A stretch of 64,000 nucleotides of DNA from Nitrospina sp. (GTDB lineage: Bacteria; Nitrospinota; Nitrospinia; Nitrospinales; VA-1), in assembly GCA_018653085.1 (NCBI GenBank), contig JABIAY010000046.1, forward strand, positions 48,883 to 112,882. Direction: 5' to 3'. The position numbers and the translations under genes are program-made. The notes beneath the pieces were generated by a model. That model was given only the letters and a program-made list of their open reading frames with translations, had not been told where the DNA came from and searched no databases. Below, piece by piece: positions 10,325 through 19,013 of the stretch (within the stretch, counting starts at the first letter, position 1; each line of letters starts with the position of its first letter).

Positions 10325-10912
10325 CTACTTCAAATCATCAAACTCGCGCCGAACCGATTCAATATTTTTTCGGTAACTCTCTCCATCTCCATAGCTGAAA
10401 AACTTTGAGTACCTGCCATGTACAAACCGGATTTTTCGCGCGTGCTTGATCGGACACCAGTATTGCTCGGTCCTGGCCGCTATCTCCTGAACATAACCGA
10501 TCAAGCCGTTAAAATATCCGCAATAGACACAGTTCATTTTTTCCAAGCCGTTCAGATAACTGAGGTAGTGCCGGTCGAAGACAATATAGTCTTTACGATT
10601 TACTTTAGGGATTCCATATATTGGGAAACAGATCGCCTGGTAAAAAGACATCACCATATCCATGAAAACAGCGGGAAACAAACAAGACCAGATCACCGGC
10701 GCAGTCAGAATATTTAAAATCGCCGCGTCCTTCAGGTAATGGCGGATGCGTTTGATCAGCAGACGGTGTTGCGATTTTACCTCCTGCTCAAAGCTGACCC
10801 GCTTGCGCTGGACCGTGTAAAAAAATTCTTCTTCCCCTTTTTGAAGTTCCAGGATCAACTTATGCTCCAGCTTTCGGATACCTTCCAGAATTTCCGCCAG
10901 TTTGTCGTCCAT
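10325..10912 (-). CDS. conserved hypothetical Cys-rich membrane-associated protein
   Basis: 195-aa ORF with a hydrophobic segment and NCVYCGY / EQYWCPIKH motifs. Confidence 0.7.
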   Translation of the reverse strand: MDDKLAEILEGIRKLEHKLILELQKGEEEFFYTVQRKRVSFEQEVKSQHRLLIKRIRHYLKDAAILNILTAPVIWSCLFPAVFMDMVMSFYQAICFPIYGIPKVNRKDYIVFDRHYLSYLNGLEKMNCVYCGYFNGLIGYVQEIAARTEQYWCPIKHARKIRFVHGRYSKFFSYGDGESYRKNIESVRREFDDLK

Positions 10913-11050
10913 AATTTCACCTGAATGAGTTACCCCGTATGGGGCAAACGTGATATTTTTTCAAGGCGTAGCCTTGTTGCAATTTGCCACCAGCGGCTAC
11001 GCCGGGAATCTGATAAAATTTATGTGTTAACCGCGAACAGGAGATGAATA

Positions 11051-11389
11051 TTGCATACCGTTTACAAGGCACTTTCTCCCGAAGAGGTCGAGCGCATTAT
11101 CGCATACTGCCAAAGCCACACGATACAGAATGGCGGATTGTTTGAGGTTTATCCCGGTCCGGACGGCTTAATGAAAATGGTGGTCGTCAATTCCTCTCCG
11201 GAAGATGAACCGCTGGATAAGTTTCGTCCTCTGGGAGCTTTTTACTGCAATTACCTCGGTCCCGGCATTATCTCACTGGAAGAGGAAGACCCCCACCATG
11301 AAGGCATGCCGTCGGCTAAACGCCATATCGAAGCCATCAAACAAGTGATCGACGACCTCCAGCGTGCCACTAGGCGTGGGGCCAACTAG
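11051..11389 (+). CDS. hypothetical protein; C-terminal residues encoded by the repeat element
   Basis: TTG start after GGAG; protein-like composition. Confidence 0.65.
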   Translation: MHTVYKALSPEEVERIIAYCQSHTIQNGGLFEVYPGPDGLMKMVVVNSSPEDEPLDKFRPLGAFYCNYLGPGIISLEEEDPHHEGMPSAKRHIEAIKQVIDDLQRATRRGAN

Positions 11390-11499
11390 CTATGCACATT
11401 TACCTCTGCGGGGGAGAAAATGAGCAAGCACCCATCAAGCCTCCTATACTTCTTGCTCGCCAAATAAAGTTATGTTCTCTGGGTCCAGCGTCACGCTGG
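11367..11499. repeat. modular intergenic repeat (A forward; B and D reverse)
   Basis: CCACTAGGCGTGGGGCC; reverse complement of CTTTATTTGGCGAGCAAGAAGTATAGGAGGCTTGAT; GGTCCAGCGTCACGCTGG. Confidence 0.85.
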
Positions 11500-12243
11500 T
11501 TATTCGCCGATGCGGAGGTGGACGTTTTCGCCCCGGTAAGAAAACACTACGCGATTCGATTCAATATGCGTGAGGGTAGCTGATTGAACCGTATCACCAA
11601 CACGGACTTTGCGGTTACTGCTTTCGGACGTGGCAACAAAAATGTGGTTGGAAGAACTTCCCTGAGAAAAAAAGATGATGCCTTTTACTTTCAGTTGGGG
11701 AATAGAAACTCCTCGTGTGGCCGACTCCGCAGGGAAGGCAAAAGACTCCGGTTGTTCCACCGCTAGTGTTGCGGTTTGAATCAAATCACGAATTTCGTTA
11801 ACCTCTCTATGCACCTCAGGTTCTGAAAAGGACTCGCGAATTTCCGCCACGGGCGGTGAGAAAGTCTCTACAACCGAGGGCAAATTTTCGTTGACCCTCT
11901 CTTCGTAGCGCCGCTCCTGCTCGGAAATGTTAGATAAGGGAATGCCCACTGTCGTTGCAGACCCTTTCTTGTAGGCAAGTGGTAATTTTTGTGCCGGATT
12001 CGCCTGAGGAAAATAGGTCGCTTCATTATTTTTGGCGGATGGCTTGAGCCCCCAAACCAGGGCTAAACCGATTAGGACTCCCGTTATAGCCCAGCCCGCA
12101 GACATAAATCTTTTACTGGAAACTTTGAACGGCTTGCGGGGCTTATGATCTTCTCGCAGGACAAGTTCCTTGAGATCCAGATCTTTTTCCAGCAGCCTTT
12201 TATCTTCTTCCAGTTTTTTGAGCGTCTCTAATATTGTGCTCAT
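11500..12243 (-). CDS. GspB/ExeB-like type II secretion accessory protein
   Basis: MSTILETLKKLE N-terminus, single TM helix, C-terminal KVKGII...VRVGD...IESNRVVF domain; lies downstream of ExeA. Confidence 0.75.
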   Translation of the reverse strand: MSTILETLKKLEEDKRLLEKDLDLKELVLREDHKPRKPFKVSSKRFMSAGWAITGVLIGLALVWGLKPSAKNNEATYFPQANPAQKLPLAYKKGSATTVGIPLSNISEQERRYEERVNENLPSVVETFSPPVAEIRESFSEPEVHREVNEIRDLIQTATLAVEQPESFAFPAESATRGVSIPQLKVKGIIFFSQGSSSNHIFVATSESSNRKVRVGDTVQSATLTHIESNRVVFSYRGENVHLRIGE

Positions 12244-12268
12244 TCTGTTCCGCTTTCAATAAAATAGG

Positions 12269-12400
12269 CCACTAAGCGTGGACCAGTGTGCAATCGCTTC
12301 TGGCGAGCAAAGAGTTATCTCGGCCTAATAAGCTATTGCTCATTGGGTCGCGCGTTATGTTCCTCATTTACCTTCGTGCCCCGAAGGGGTATCACGCTGG
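12269..12400 (+). repeat. modular intergenic repeat (A-B-E)
   Basis: CCACTAAGCGTGGACCAGTGTGCAATCGCTTCTGGCGAGCAAAGAGTTATCTCGGCCTAATAAGCTATTGC...CCTTCGTGCCCCGAAGGGGT. Confidence 0.85.
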
Positions 12401-12407
12401 CGCCGGT

Positions 12408-14522
12408 TTAATGTGAAACCAGTTTTGGGGTAGAGTAGATCTGTAACAGATTATACAAAAGCAATTTGCTATCGGTATTAAAGATTCCGTCATCTTTGAT
12501 GCTGTTATTACGCTGAAGCTTCATCATGGCCTGAACGGTTTTCGGGCCGTATAATGGGGCTTCTCGTCCCTGAAAATAACCCAGAAGCCTCAGATTTTTT
12601 TGTAGCCATATGGCCTCTTTGCCCCGGTAACCTATGCCAAGAGGTTCCGGTAAATTTTCAAAATCTTTCCAGAGGATAATGGCTTTGCGGGTCCAGAGGG
12701 AATCAATGATGGAAAGCGGCATTTCAATTTTATCCACAGAACCAAACACCCCGGTATTGCCTTGAATCGAAACCAGTGCCAGATATTTTGTCCCCTGGGC
12801 GTTGGGCAGGGCAATTTCAAGAAACGCCGGATAGTTCAGTGTCTTTAACCGTGCCAGCGTGCCGTTCACTTCGAACGAGGATAACTGGTAGTCTTCTTCA
12901 ATCATTTCGAGGTCTGCCTCAGTCAAATCCTGAAGGTTTCCTGTGTTCAGGTTCCAGGCTTGCAGAATCCATTTCACCGCTTCGAGCTTGCTTTCAGCCA
13001 GTGTCAGGCTGGAAAGGTAAGTCACCAGTTTTTCCGGGTAAAGAATACTCAGAGGTCCACTACTGGGAATCCTCCTTTGTAGTGATTCGTTACTCGCCGT
13101 TTTAGTTGTTGGAAAAATTTCAACGGGAGATGATGCCAGAGGCGCAGGCTGAACAGCCATTGATGACGGAGCAGAAGGACGGGGCACCAGTTCCCCCGGT
13201 GCAGACAGGTCCATCGGGTTTTCCTGGATCAACGCGGAGATGTCCTTGCCGCCGGGAGCATTTTTATTATGGTCAGGCAGAGCGAAAAAATTGATGGCAA
13301 AAAACATCAAGCCTGCGGCCAGCCCGGAAGGAAGTACCAGCTTCCAGAACTTGTCCGCCCAGGATTCAATAGGAGTCAGGTTACCAATGTCACTCACCGC
13401 CAGTTGGACTATTTTGGGTGTGATTTTTTTAGTGCTTTGGGTAAAGGCAATCAGCAGGGTGCGATCAGCAACCACGTTGATCATTCGGGGAATTCCCCGG
13501 GAATAGCGGTAAACCATTTCTACCGCTTGCCGGGAAAAGCGTACCTTGCCCTTGCCCAATGCAACATTGAGGCGGTGCTGGATATATCCCCGGGTTTCTT
13601 CCAGGTTTAAAGCCAAAAGTTCCCATTGGATGGTGATGCGCTGGCGCAATTGCCGAAGTCCCTCTTTAGCCAGGACCTTGTCCAGTTCAGGCTGGCCGAT
13701 CAAAACAATTTGAATCAGTTTTTCGGTATCGGTCTCAAGGTTGGATAGCAGGCGAAGTTGTTCCAGCACCATGGGTTCAAGATCCTGGGCTTCATCAATG
13801 ATAACCACTACCCTGTGTCCCTTGGCCCTCTCTTCGAGCAAGAAGTGATTCAGAACATCGACCAGCTTCTTTTTGCTCTTGCTTTTTCCAGGGATTCCTA
13901 ATTCCGTATTGATCGTTTGCAGTAGTTCCAATGAGTTGATGCATGGATTGAAAACATAAGCGATATTAAAGTCGGACCGAAGCTCCCGAAGAAAACTTCG
14001 ACAGATCATCGTTTTACCGGTTCCTACTTCCCCAACGATTTTTAAAAATCCGTTATTCTCCTGCAACCCATAAACCAGATGTGCCAGTACCTCTTTATGC
14101 TTGGGACTCAGGTACAGGTATTTAGGGTCCGGGGTCAGGTCGAAGGGTTTCTCGGAGAAACCAAAAAAATCCTGGTAAATATTCTGGTGTTTTGGTTTTC
14201 GAGCGTTCTCTTTTATTCCAAGAAATTTAAGTGGCCCAGGTTTATTGATTTTTGTTTCACCTGAGTCCGCATGGCCCTTTTTGACCTCAACGACCGCATC
14301 ATAAGCTTCGCGCTTCTGTTTATTGGAAAGCGTGTCATAGGCGTCCTGTGCCAGCTCAATCCGTTCCTTGAGGGTGGGCTGGTCGATGGAAGTGGATTGT
14401 CCCTCCGAGGAGTCAAACTTACCGATCAGCTTTTGATAGGCCAGGTCGATTTCCTTCTGGGTCGCCCCGGGTTGAACACCGAGCAACTGATAATAATCCG
14501 GTAACTGAACTTCACTAATCAT
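12408..14522 (-). CDS. ExeA/GspA-family AAA ATPase with N-terminal J-like domain and C-terminal peptidoglycan-binding domain
   Basis: YQDFFGFSEKPFDLTPDP, GEVGTGKT, IIDEAQ, GQPEL, GIPRMIN; N-terminal DYYQLLGV...AYDTLS; C-terminal WLQKNL...YGPKTVQAM..LQ...DG. Confidence 0.9.
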   Translation of the reverse strand: MISEVQLPDYYQLLGVQPGATQKEIDLAYQKLIGKFDSSEGQSTSIDQPTLKERIELAQDAYDTLSNKQKREAYDAVVEVKKGHADSGETKINKPGPLKFLGIKENARKPKHQNIYQDFFGFSEKPFDLTPDPKYLYLSPKHKEVLAHLVYGLQENNGFLKIVGEVGTGKTMICRSFLRELRSDFNIAYVFNPCINSLELLQTINTELGIPGKSKSKKKLVDVLNHFLLEERAKGHRVVVIIDEAQDLEPMVLEQLRLLSNLETDTEKLIQIVLIGQPELDKVLAKEGLRQLRQRITIQWELLALNLEETRGYIQHRLNVALGKGKVRFSRQAVEMVYRYSRGIPRMINVVADRTLLIAFTQSTKKITPKIVQLAVSDIGNLTPIESWADKFWKLVLPSGLAAGLMFFAINFFALPDHNKNAPGGKDISALIQENPMDLSAPGELVPRPSAPSSMAVQPAPLASSPVEIFPTTKTASNESLQRRIPSSGPLSILYPEKLVTYLSSLTLAESKLEAVKWILQAWNLNTGNLQDLTEADLEMIEEDYQLSSFEVNGTLARLKTLNYPAFLEIALPNAQGTKYLALVSIQGNTGVFGSVDKIEMPLSIIDSLWTRKAIILWKDFENLPEPLGIGYRGKEAIWLQKNLRLLGYFQGREAPLYGPKTVQAMMKLQRNNSIKDDGIFNTDSKLLLYNLLQIYSTPKLVSH

Positions 14523-14831
14523 AGTGTTTTATCCAATCGGGTTGATAACCAATTTTAATTTGCCTTTAGTAAGACTAAAAAGCCAAACCCCAATAACCTA
14601 TTGATATTTAATGTTTAATTCTTCTTGCAAAAAAATTTCCAAAAACTTTGTAAATATAATAAAAACAATAGGTTAAAGATTAGCCCTCAAAGCGCAGCAT
14701 GATTCCTAGCCTGAAGGATGACCAATAACACCTTAATATACAAATAGTTGTGCAAAATGTAAACAAAAAATCAGCGCCGGGTTGGAGAAAGCCAAAAAGC
14801 CTGCCTGTGCTAGGATGGGAAATACGACAAA

Positions 14832-15026
14832 TTGAGGTTGGAAATCGTGAGGGAATCCTCTAAAAAAATTCTTAAATGTCCGATCTGCAAGGAGCCATCG
14901 GAGAGAGATAAAAACAAAAATCCGTTTTTACCCTTTTGCTCAGAACGGTGCCGAACCCTTGACATGGGGGCGTGGCTGGATGGTAAATATGTTATCGAGG
15001 AAAACGAACCCGACTCGGAGTATTAA
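14832..15026 (+). CDS. yacG: DNA gyrase inhibitor YacG
   Basis: CPIC...PFCSERCRTLDMGAW...YVI zinc-finger signature; exact start uncertain. Confidence 0.9.
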   Translation: MRLEIVRESSKKILKCPICKEPSERDKNKNPFLPFCSERCRTLDMGAWLDGKYVIEENEPDSEY

Positions 15027-15215
15027 ACCGGGACAAACAAAATCCGCCGTAAAACCTTGCGTCTCTGCATACCTCCCCAAAACTACGGGTAACTCTGTAA
15101 ACCTAAAGTTTTTATTGGCTTGATACCTTGTTTTTTATGCAATAGTTATAGGGCAAAGTTGCGCCCACTTTAATCCCTCCTTGGCAGGAAGGGAGATATT
15201 AAAAAAACTCGAATT

Positions 15216-15256
15216 AAAAAAAGAGAACGCCGGATTTTCCGGCGTTCTCTTTTTTT
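15216..15256. terminator. bidirectional intrinsic terminator
   Basis: Perfect hairpin AAAAAAAGAGAACGCCGGA-TTT-TCCGGCGTTCTCTTTTTTT. Confidence 0.8.
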
Positions 15257-15285
15257 GCCTACAAACAATTAGTAATGGAGATGCC

Positions 15286-15999
15286 ATGAGCAAAGCAGTA
15301 TTAGGAAGAAAACCTGTTAAGGCCTATGGAGGAAACGGGCGATCCGCAATTTATGAATATGGCGATGGGACAGGTTTTATGAGAAACAGCGGATCAATAA
15401 CCTGGAGAAACTTTAATCCGGGGGCTATTAACAGTGGAGATTTTTCAAAAAGGCATAGCTCAATCGGAAATAATGGGCGCTTTGCCGTGTTCCCGGATTA
15501 CGAAACAGGCAGAAACGCAACATACGATTTATTACGCGCGTCATCATACAATGAGCTGACTCTAGCTCAAGCTATTTCTAGATATGCGCCTAAAAAAGAT
15601 AATAACGACACAGAAGCCTACATCAGGCATGTCGTTTCATTTGCCGGCCTCGGGCGCGATCAGTCGATGGCTGATTTAACAGAGAGAGAACGCTGGTCTA
15701 TTGTCGATGCAATAATAGAGAAAGAAGTATATGAAGCGGGTGATATTGTTGCTCTTTCCAATATTAAAAAGAAATACAAATGGCGAATGCCAAAAGACGA
15801 AAGTGCAAGGGAGAACCACAAAGCAAGAGATGGAAATATTTATAGTTGGGACAATCCTCCCGAAGACGGTCACCCCAGTGAAGCCCCCGGATGCAGGTGC
15901 TGGGCCGAGGCATATGAGTTTCCGCGTGTAGAAAAAGCCTCGCCCCCACGGCTAGTGGTGGCTACACATCGTTCAGCGGGGCATTCATCGTTCTTATAA
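15286..15999 (+). CDS. phage-like protein: lysozyme-like (NPG motif) domain fused to a Mu gpF-type minor head domain
   Basis: WRNFNPGAI...FAVFPDYETG...TLAQAISRYAP..DNNDTEAY, then KYKWR...H..RDG.IYSWDNPP..GHP....GCRC; ATG 15286 after GGAG. Confidence 0.65.
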   Translation: MSKAVLGRKPVKAYGGNGRSAIYEYGDGTGFMRNSGSITWRNFNPGAINSGDFSKRHSSIGNNGRFAVFPDYETGRNATYDLLRASSYNELTLAQAISRYAPKKDNNDTEAYIRHVVSFAGLGRDQSMADLTERERWSIVDAIIEKEVYEAGDIVALSNIKKKYKWRMPKDESARENHKARDGNIYSWDNPPEDGHPSEAPGCRCWAEAYEFPRVEKASPPRLVVATHRSAGHSSFL

Positions 16000-17113
16000 A
16001 AACTTCGAGGATTTGTTTCTGGTAAAGCACCACGGCAATATCCATCATGCCATCGTGGTTGAAGTCCGCTCCGGTGATGGAGCGGGGCTGAGACCCCACG
16101 ACATAATTAAAATGTGGGTAAACAAACGATCCGTCTCCCCTTCCCGGAATTACGGATATGCTCCCCCCTCTGCGGTTACAGACAACAATATCGGGAACCT
16201 TGTCGCCGGTGAAATCCCCCACAACTATATTATGCGGCCCTTTTTCTCCGGCAAAGTCATCCAGCCTGGAAAACGCACCCTTGCCATCTCCCATATAAAT
16301 ACTGAGACTGTCCTTCATCGGACTTGACGCGATCAGGTCTGTCTTGCCATCCAGGTTCATATCGTGGTGAATGATGAAGGAGGACTGGTGGCCGCCGGCA
16401 ATTTTTTTGGGTGGCATGAAAGTTCCATCTCCATTGCCCAAAAACATTTTGATATGCTTCACCTTGACTGCGTTGAGTGCCATGGCGATATCCTGATTTC
16501 CATCTTTGTTGTAATCGTCGACGGTTATGTATGCGGGAGTAGGGCCTGCCTGGTAGGCTTCGGCGACTTTAAAAGTTCCGTCTCCCACCCCAAGAAGAAT
16601 GATCAGTTTATTGAAACGCAGAGTCACCGCGAGATCGATATTTTCATCGTTATTGAAATCGCCTGCGGCAATCGCGATGGGAAGTCGTCCCACCTTCACT
16701 TCGGTCTTCAGCCGGAACAGTCCGTCTTTCTGCCCGAGAATGATGGATACATTTCCATCGCCATAGTTGCATAAAGCGATATCGGGAATGCGGTCGCCAT
16801 TAAAGTCCGCCACATCCAGGGCAAAAGGTTCGCGACCGGTTTCAATAGTCTGCGGACTTTTGAAGGTGCCATCACCGATGCCTTCCAGAAAAGTCAGGGA
16901 ATTCCCCGCCGAGTTGACCACCAGAAGATCTGGGAATTCATCGTTGTTCATGTCGTGGGCCAATACCACTTCTGGTTTTTCCCCGACCTTATAGGCAACC
17001 GGCAGAGCAAACAAATCTGGTGCTGGCTGGCTTTCCCCGCAACCGGATAAGAGAAGAGCCCCTAATAAAGAAAGTAGAATTTTTATTTGCAAACGCACCA
17101 ATTTTGTCTCCAT
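15962..17113 (-). CDS. FG-GAP/VCBS repeat lipoprotein (beta-propeller)
   Basis: Lipobox LSGC; seven DxNxDGxxDL...GxGDGTF repeats. Confidence 0.9.
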   Translation of the reverse strand: METKLVRLQIKILLSLLGALLLSGCGESQPAPDLFALPVAYKVGEKPEVVLAHDMNNDEFPDLLVVNSAGNSLTFLEGIGDGTFKSPQTIETGREPFALDVADFNGDRIPDIALCNYGDGNVSIILGQKDGLFRLKTEVKVGRLPIAIAAGDFNNDENIDLAVTLRFNKLIILLGVGDGTFKVAEAYQAGPTPAYITVDDYNKDGNQDIAMALNAVKVKHIKMFLGNGDGTFMPPKKIAGGHQSSFIIHHDMNLDGKTDLIASSPMKDSLSIYMGDGKGAFSRLDDFAGEKGPHNIVVGDFTGDKVPDIVVCNRRGGSISVIPGRGDGSFVYPHFNYVVGSQPRSITGADFNHDGMMDIAVVLYQKQILEVFIRTMNAPLNDV

Positions 17114-17138
17114 AGTTTTTTTCGATCCTGCGTCCCAT

Positions 17139-17280
17139 CACTAGCCGTGGGGGTAACGTGCACGTTATATTTTTCCTTAGCCTTCGTGCCCCGGAGGGGT
17201 AATAACCCTCGCTGGCGAGCAAAGAGTTATCTCAGCTTAAAAAGTAATTGCTATACTCCCTCCCACGGGAGTGGGCTAGC
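17139..17280 (+). repeat. modular intergenic repeat (A-like, E, B, C)
   Basis: CACTAGCCGTGGGG...CCTTCGTGCCCCGGAGGGGT...TGGCGAGCAAAGAGTTATCTCAGCTTAA...CCCTCCCACGGGAGTGGG. Confidence 0.85.
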
Positions 17281-17396
17281 GGAGGTTCTCCGCTAAAACG
17301 ATTTTTTGTTTATACAGGATGCCTCGAAACTTGTAAACGAATTTGAAAAAATGCTACAATTTTCAATAGTTTATAGCATATTCACGTCCCCATAAA

Positions 17397-18104
17397 ATGC
17401 CCTGCCATCATTATTTAAAATCTGTTTTTTTCATCGGCTTTTTATTCCTTACAGGATGCCAGAGTTTCCAATACGACCCCTGGCCCGATACCGGGGAAGG
17501 GGTGTATCACACAGTACAAAAAGGCCAGACCCTGTATCGCATTGCCAAAACCTATGAACTGGATGTGAAAGTTTTGCAACGCGCCAACCATATCGGAGAC
17601 CCCTCAAAACTCAAGGAGGGAACCCGGTTGTGGATACCGGGGGCCCGCAGGGTTTTGCAGATACCCGACAAGCCCCACCCACATACCGCAAAAAAGAAAA
17701 CATCGCCGACTGTCAAACCCCGCAAGGGTTTTTTCATCTGGCCCACCAAGGGAACATTGACTTCCCGGTTCGGGATGCGAAACGGGCGCAAACATGAAGG
17801 GATCGATATTGCGGCTCCCAAGGGGACCCCTGTGCATTCCGCCGCGGATGGTAAGGTGGTGTTTAGTGGATGGGGGCCCACCGGCTATGGAAAAATGGTC
17901 ATCATAAAACACAAGCATCACCTGACCACCCTTTATGCGCACAACTCAAAACTTCTTGTTAAAAAAGGAAGCCGGGTCAAGCAGGGACAAAGAATCTCCC
18001 TGATGGGAAACACTGGCCGATCTACCGGACCCCATCTCCATTTTGAAGTGCGAAATGATACACACCCAAAAGATCCTATAAAATATCTGTCCGTTAAAAG
18101 ATAA
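17397..18104 (+). CDS. LysM + M23 peptidase lipoprotein (NlpD-like)
   Basis: Lipobox LTGC, LysM YHTVQKGQTLYRIA, HEGID, YAHN, GRSTGPHLHFEVR. Confidence 0.9.
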   Translation: MPCHHYLKSVFFIGFLFLTGCQSFQYDPWPDTGEGVYHTVQKGQTLYRIAKTYELDVKVLQRANHIGDPSKLKEGTRLWIPGARRVLQIPDKPHPHTAKKKTSPTVKPRKGFFIWPTKGTLTSRFGMRNGRKHEGIDIAAPKGTPVHSAADGKVVFSGWGPTGYGKMVIIKHKHHLTTLYAHNSKLLVKKGSRVKQGQRISLMGNTGRSTGPHLHFEVRNDTHPKDPIKYLSVKR

Positions 18105-18179
18105 AGTTTTCTTTTTCTCTAATCTCTGATAAAAAAACAACGGTGCAATGCCAACGCGAACTTTAAGAAAGGTGAGACC

Positions 18180-18701
18180 ATGGAATCTGTGAAACAAATC
18201 ATCCGTGATATTCCGGACTTTCCCAAAGAGGGAATCATCTTTAAAGACATCACTCCGCTTCTGGGCGACCCCGTGGCGTTTCAGAAAACGATTAACTCCC
18301 TGAAGGATCGTTACGCGGACAAGCCGGTGGATGCGGTGGTTGGTGTGGAAGCACGCGGATTTATCTTTGCCTCAGCTTTGGCCTATGCACTGGGCACCGG
18401 AATGATCATGGTTCGAAAACCGGGCAAACTGCCCTACAAAACCTTCCAGGAAACCTACTCCCTGGAATACGGAACCGACACCGTTGAAATTCATCAGGAT
18501 GCATTGCGCTCAGGACAAAATATTATCGTCATTGATGATGTGCTGGCTACAGGAGGAACTCTGTCAGCCACCCTCGATTTGATCCAGAAAAATTTTGAAA
18601 ATATAAATATTCTGGAAGCCGTATTCCTGATCGAACTGGACTTCCTCAAGGGCCGGGAAAAACTCAAAGACACCCCCATCTACTCAATGATCCACTACTA
18701 G
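18180..18701 (+). CDS. apt: adenine phosphoribosyltransferase
   Basis: PDFPKEGIIFKDITPL, EARGF, RKPGKLP, LEYG, IDDVLATGGT. Confidence 0.97.
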   Translation: MESVKQIIRDIPDFPKEGIIFKDITPLLGDPVAFQKTINSLKDRYADKPVDAVVGVEARGFIFASALAYALGTGMIMVRKPGKLPYKTFQETYSLEYGTDTVEIHQDALRSGQNIIVIDDVLATGGTLSATLDLIQKNFENINILEAVFLIELDFLKGREKLKDTPIYSMIHY

Positions 18702-18755
18702 CCCACTCCCGTGGGGGGGGATGGCAAGAGCCCATCAAGCCGAGCTAACCTATGC
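18702..18755 (-). repeat. modular intergenic repeat (partial B-C, reverse)
   Basis: CCCACTCCCGTGGG...GGCAAGAGCCCATCAAGCCGAG between the convergent apt and DUF4911 genes. Confidence 0.75.
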
Positions 18756-19013
18756 TTACCTGTCAACGCTATTGCTTATTGCCTTCCCCGCTAAGGGACG
18801 GAAGGGGATTTCCTTTGCAAGGGCTTCGGTGAGCTTGCGAACATCTTCCAGGTAATCGGGAGAGATCATGAGTTCAATAATTCCACGGGAGGGGTCCAGC
18901 GTTCGCACTACCGCCAGTTCTTCGTATCCCTCAAAAATGCTGACGATGTATGCGATGTCTTTTTTATCGACTTCAACCTGCCATTGAATAGAATCGGTAT
19001 GCACTGCCATCAC
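18756..19013 (-). CDS. DUF4911 family protein
   Basis: [27 protein letters not shown]; coupled to mnmG. Confidence 0.75.
   Translation of the reverse strand: MMAVHTDSIQWQVEVDKKDIAYIVSIFEGYEELAVVRTLDPSRGIIELMISPDYLEDVRKLTEALAKEIPFRPLAGKAISNSVDR

Noticed and set aside
15181-15285. N-terminal extension of the phage-like ORF from TTG 15181
   Set aside because: It runs through a terminator hairpin; ATG 15286 has a GGAG RBS
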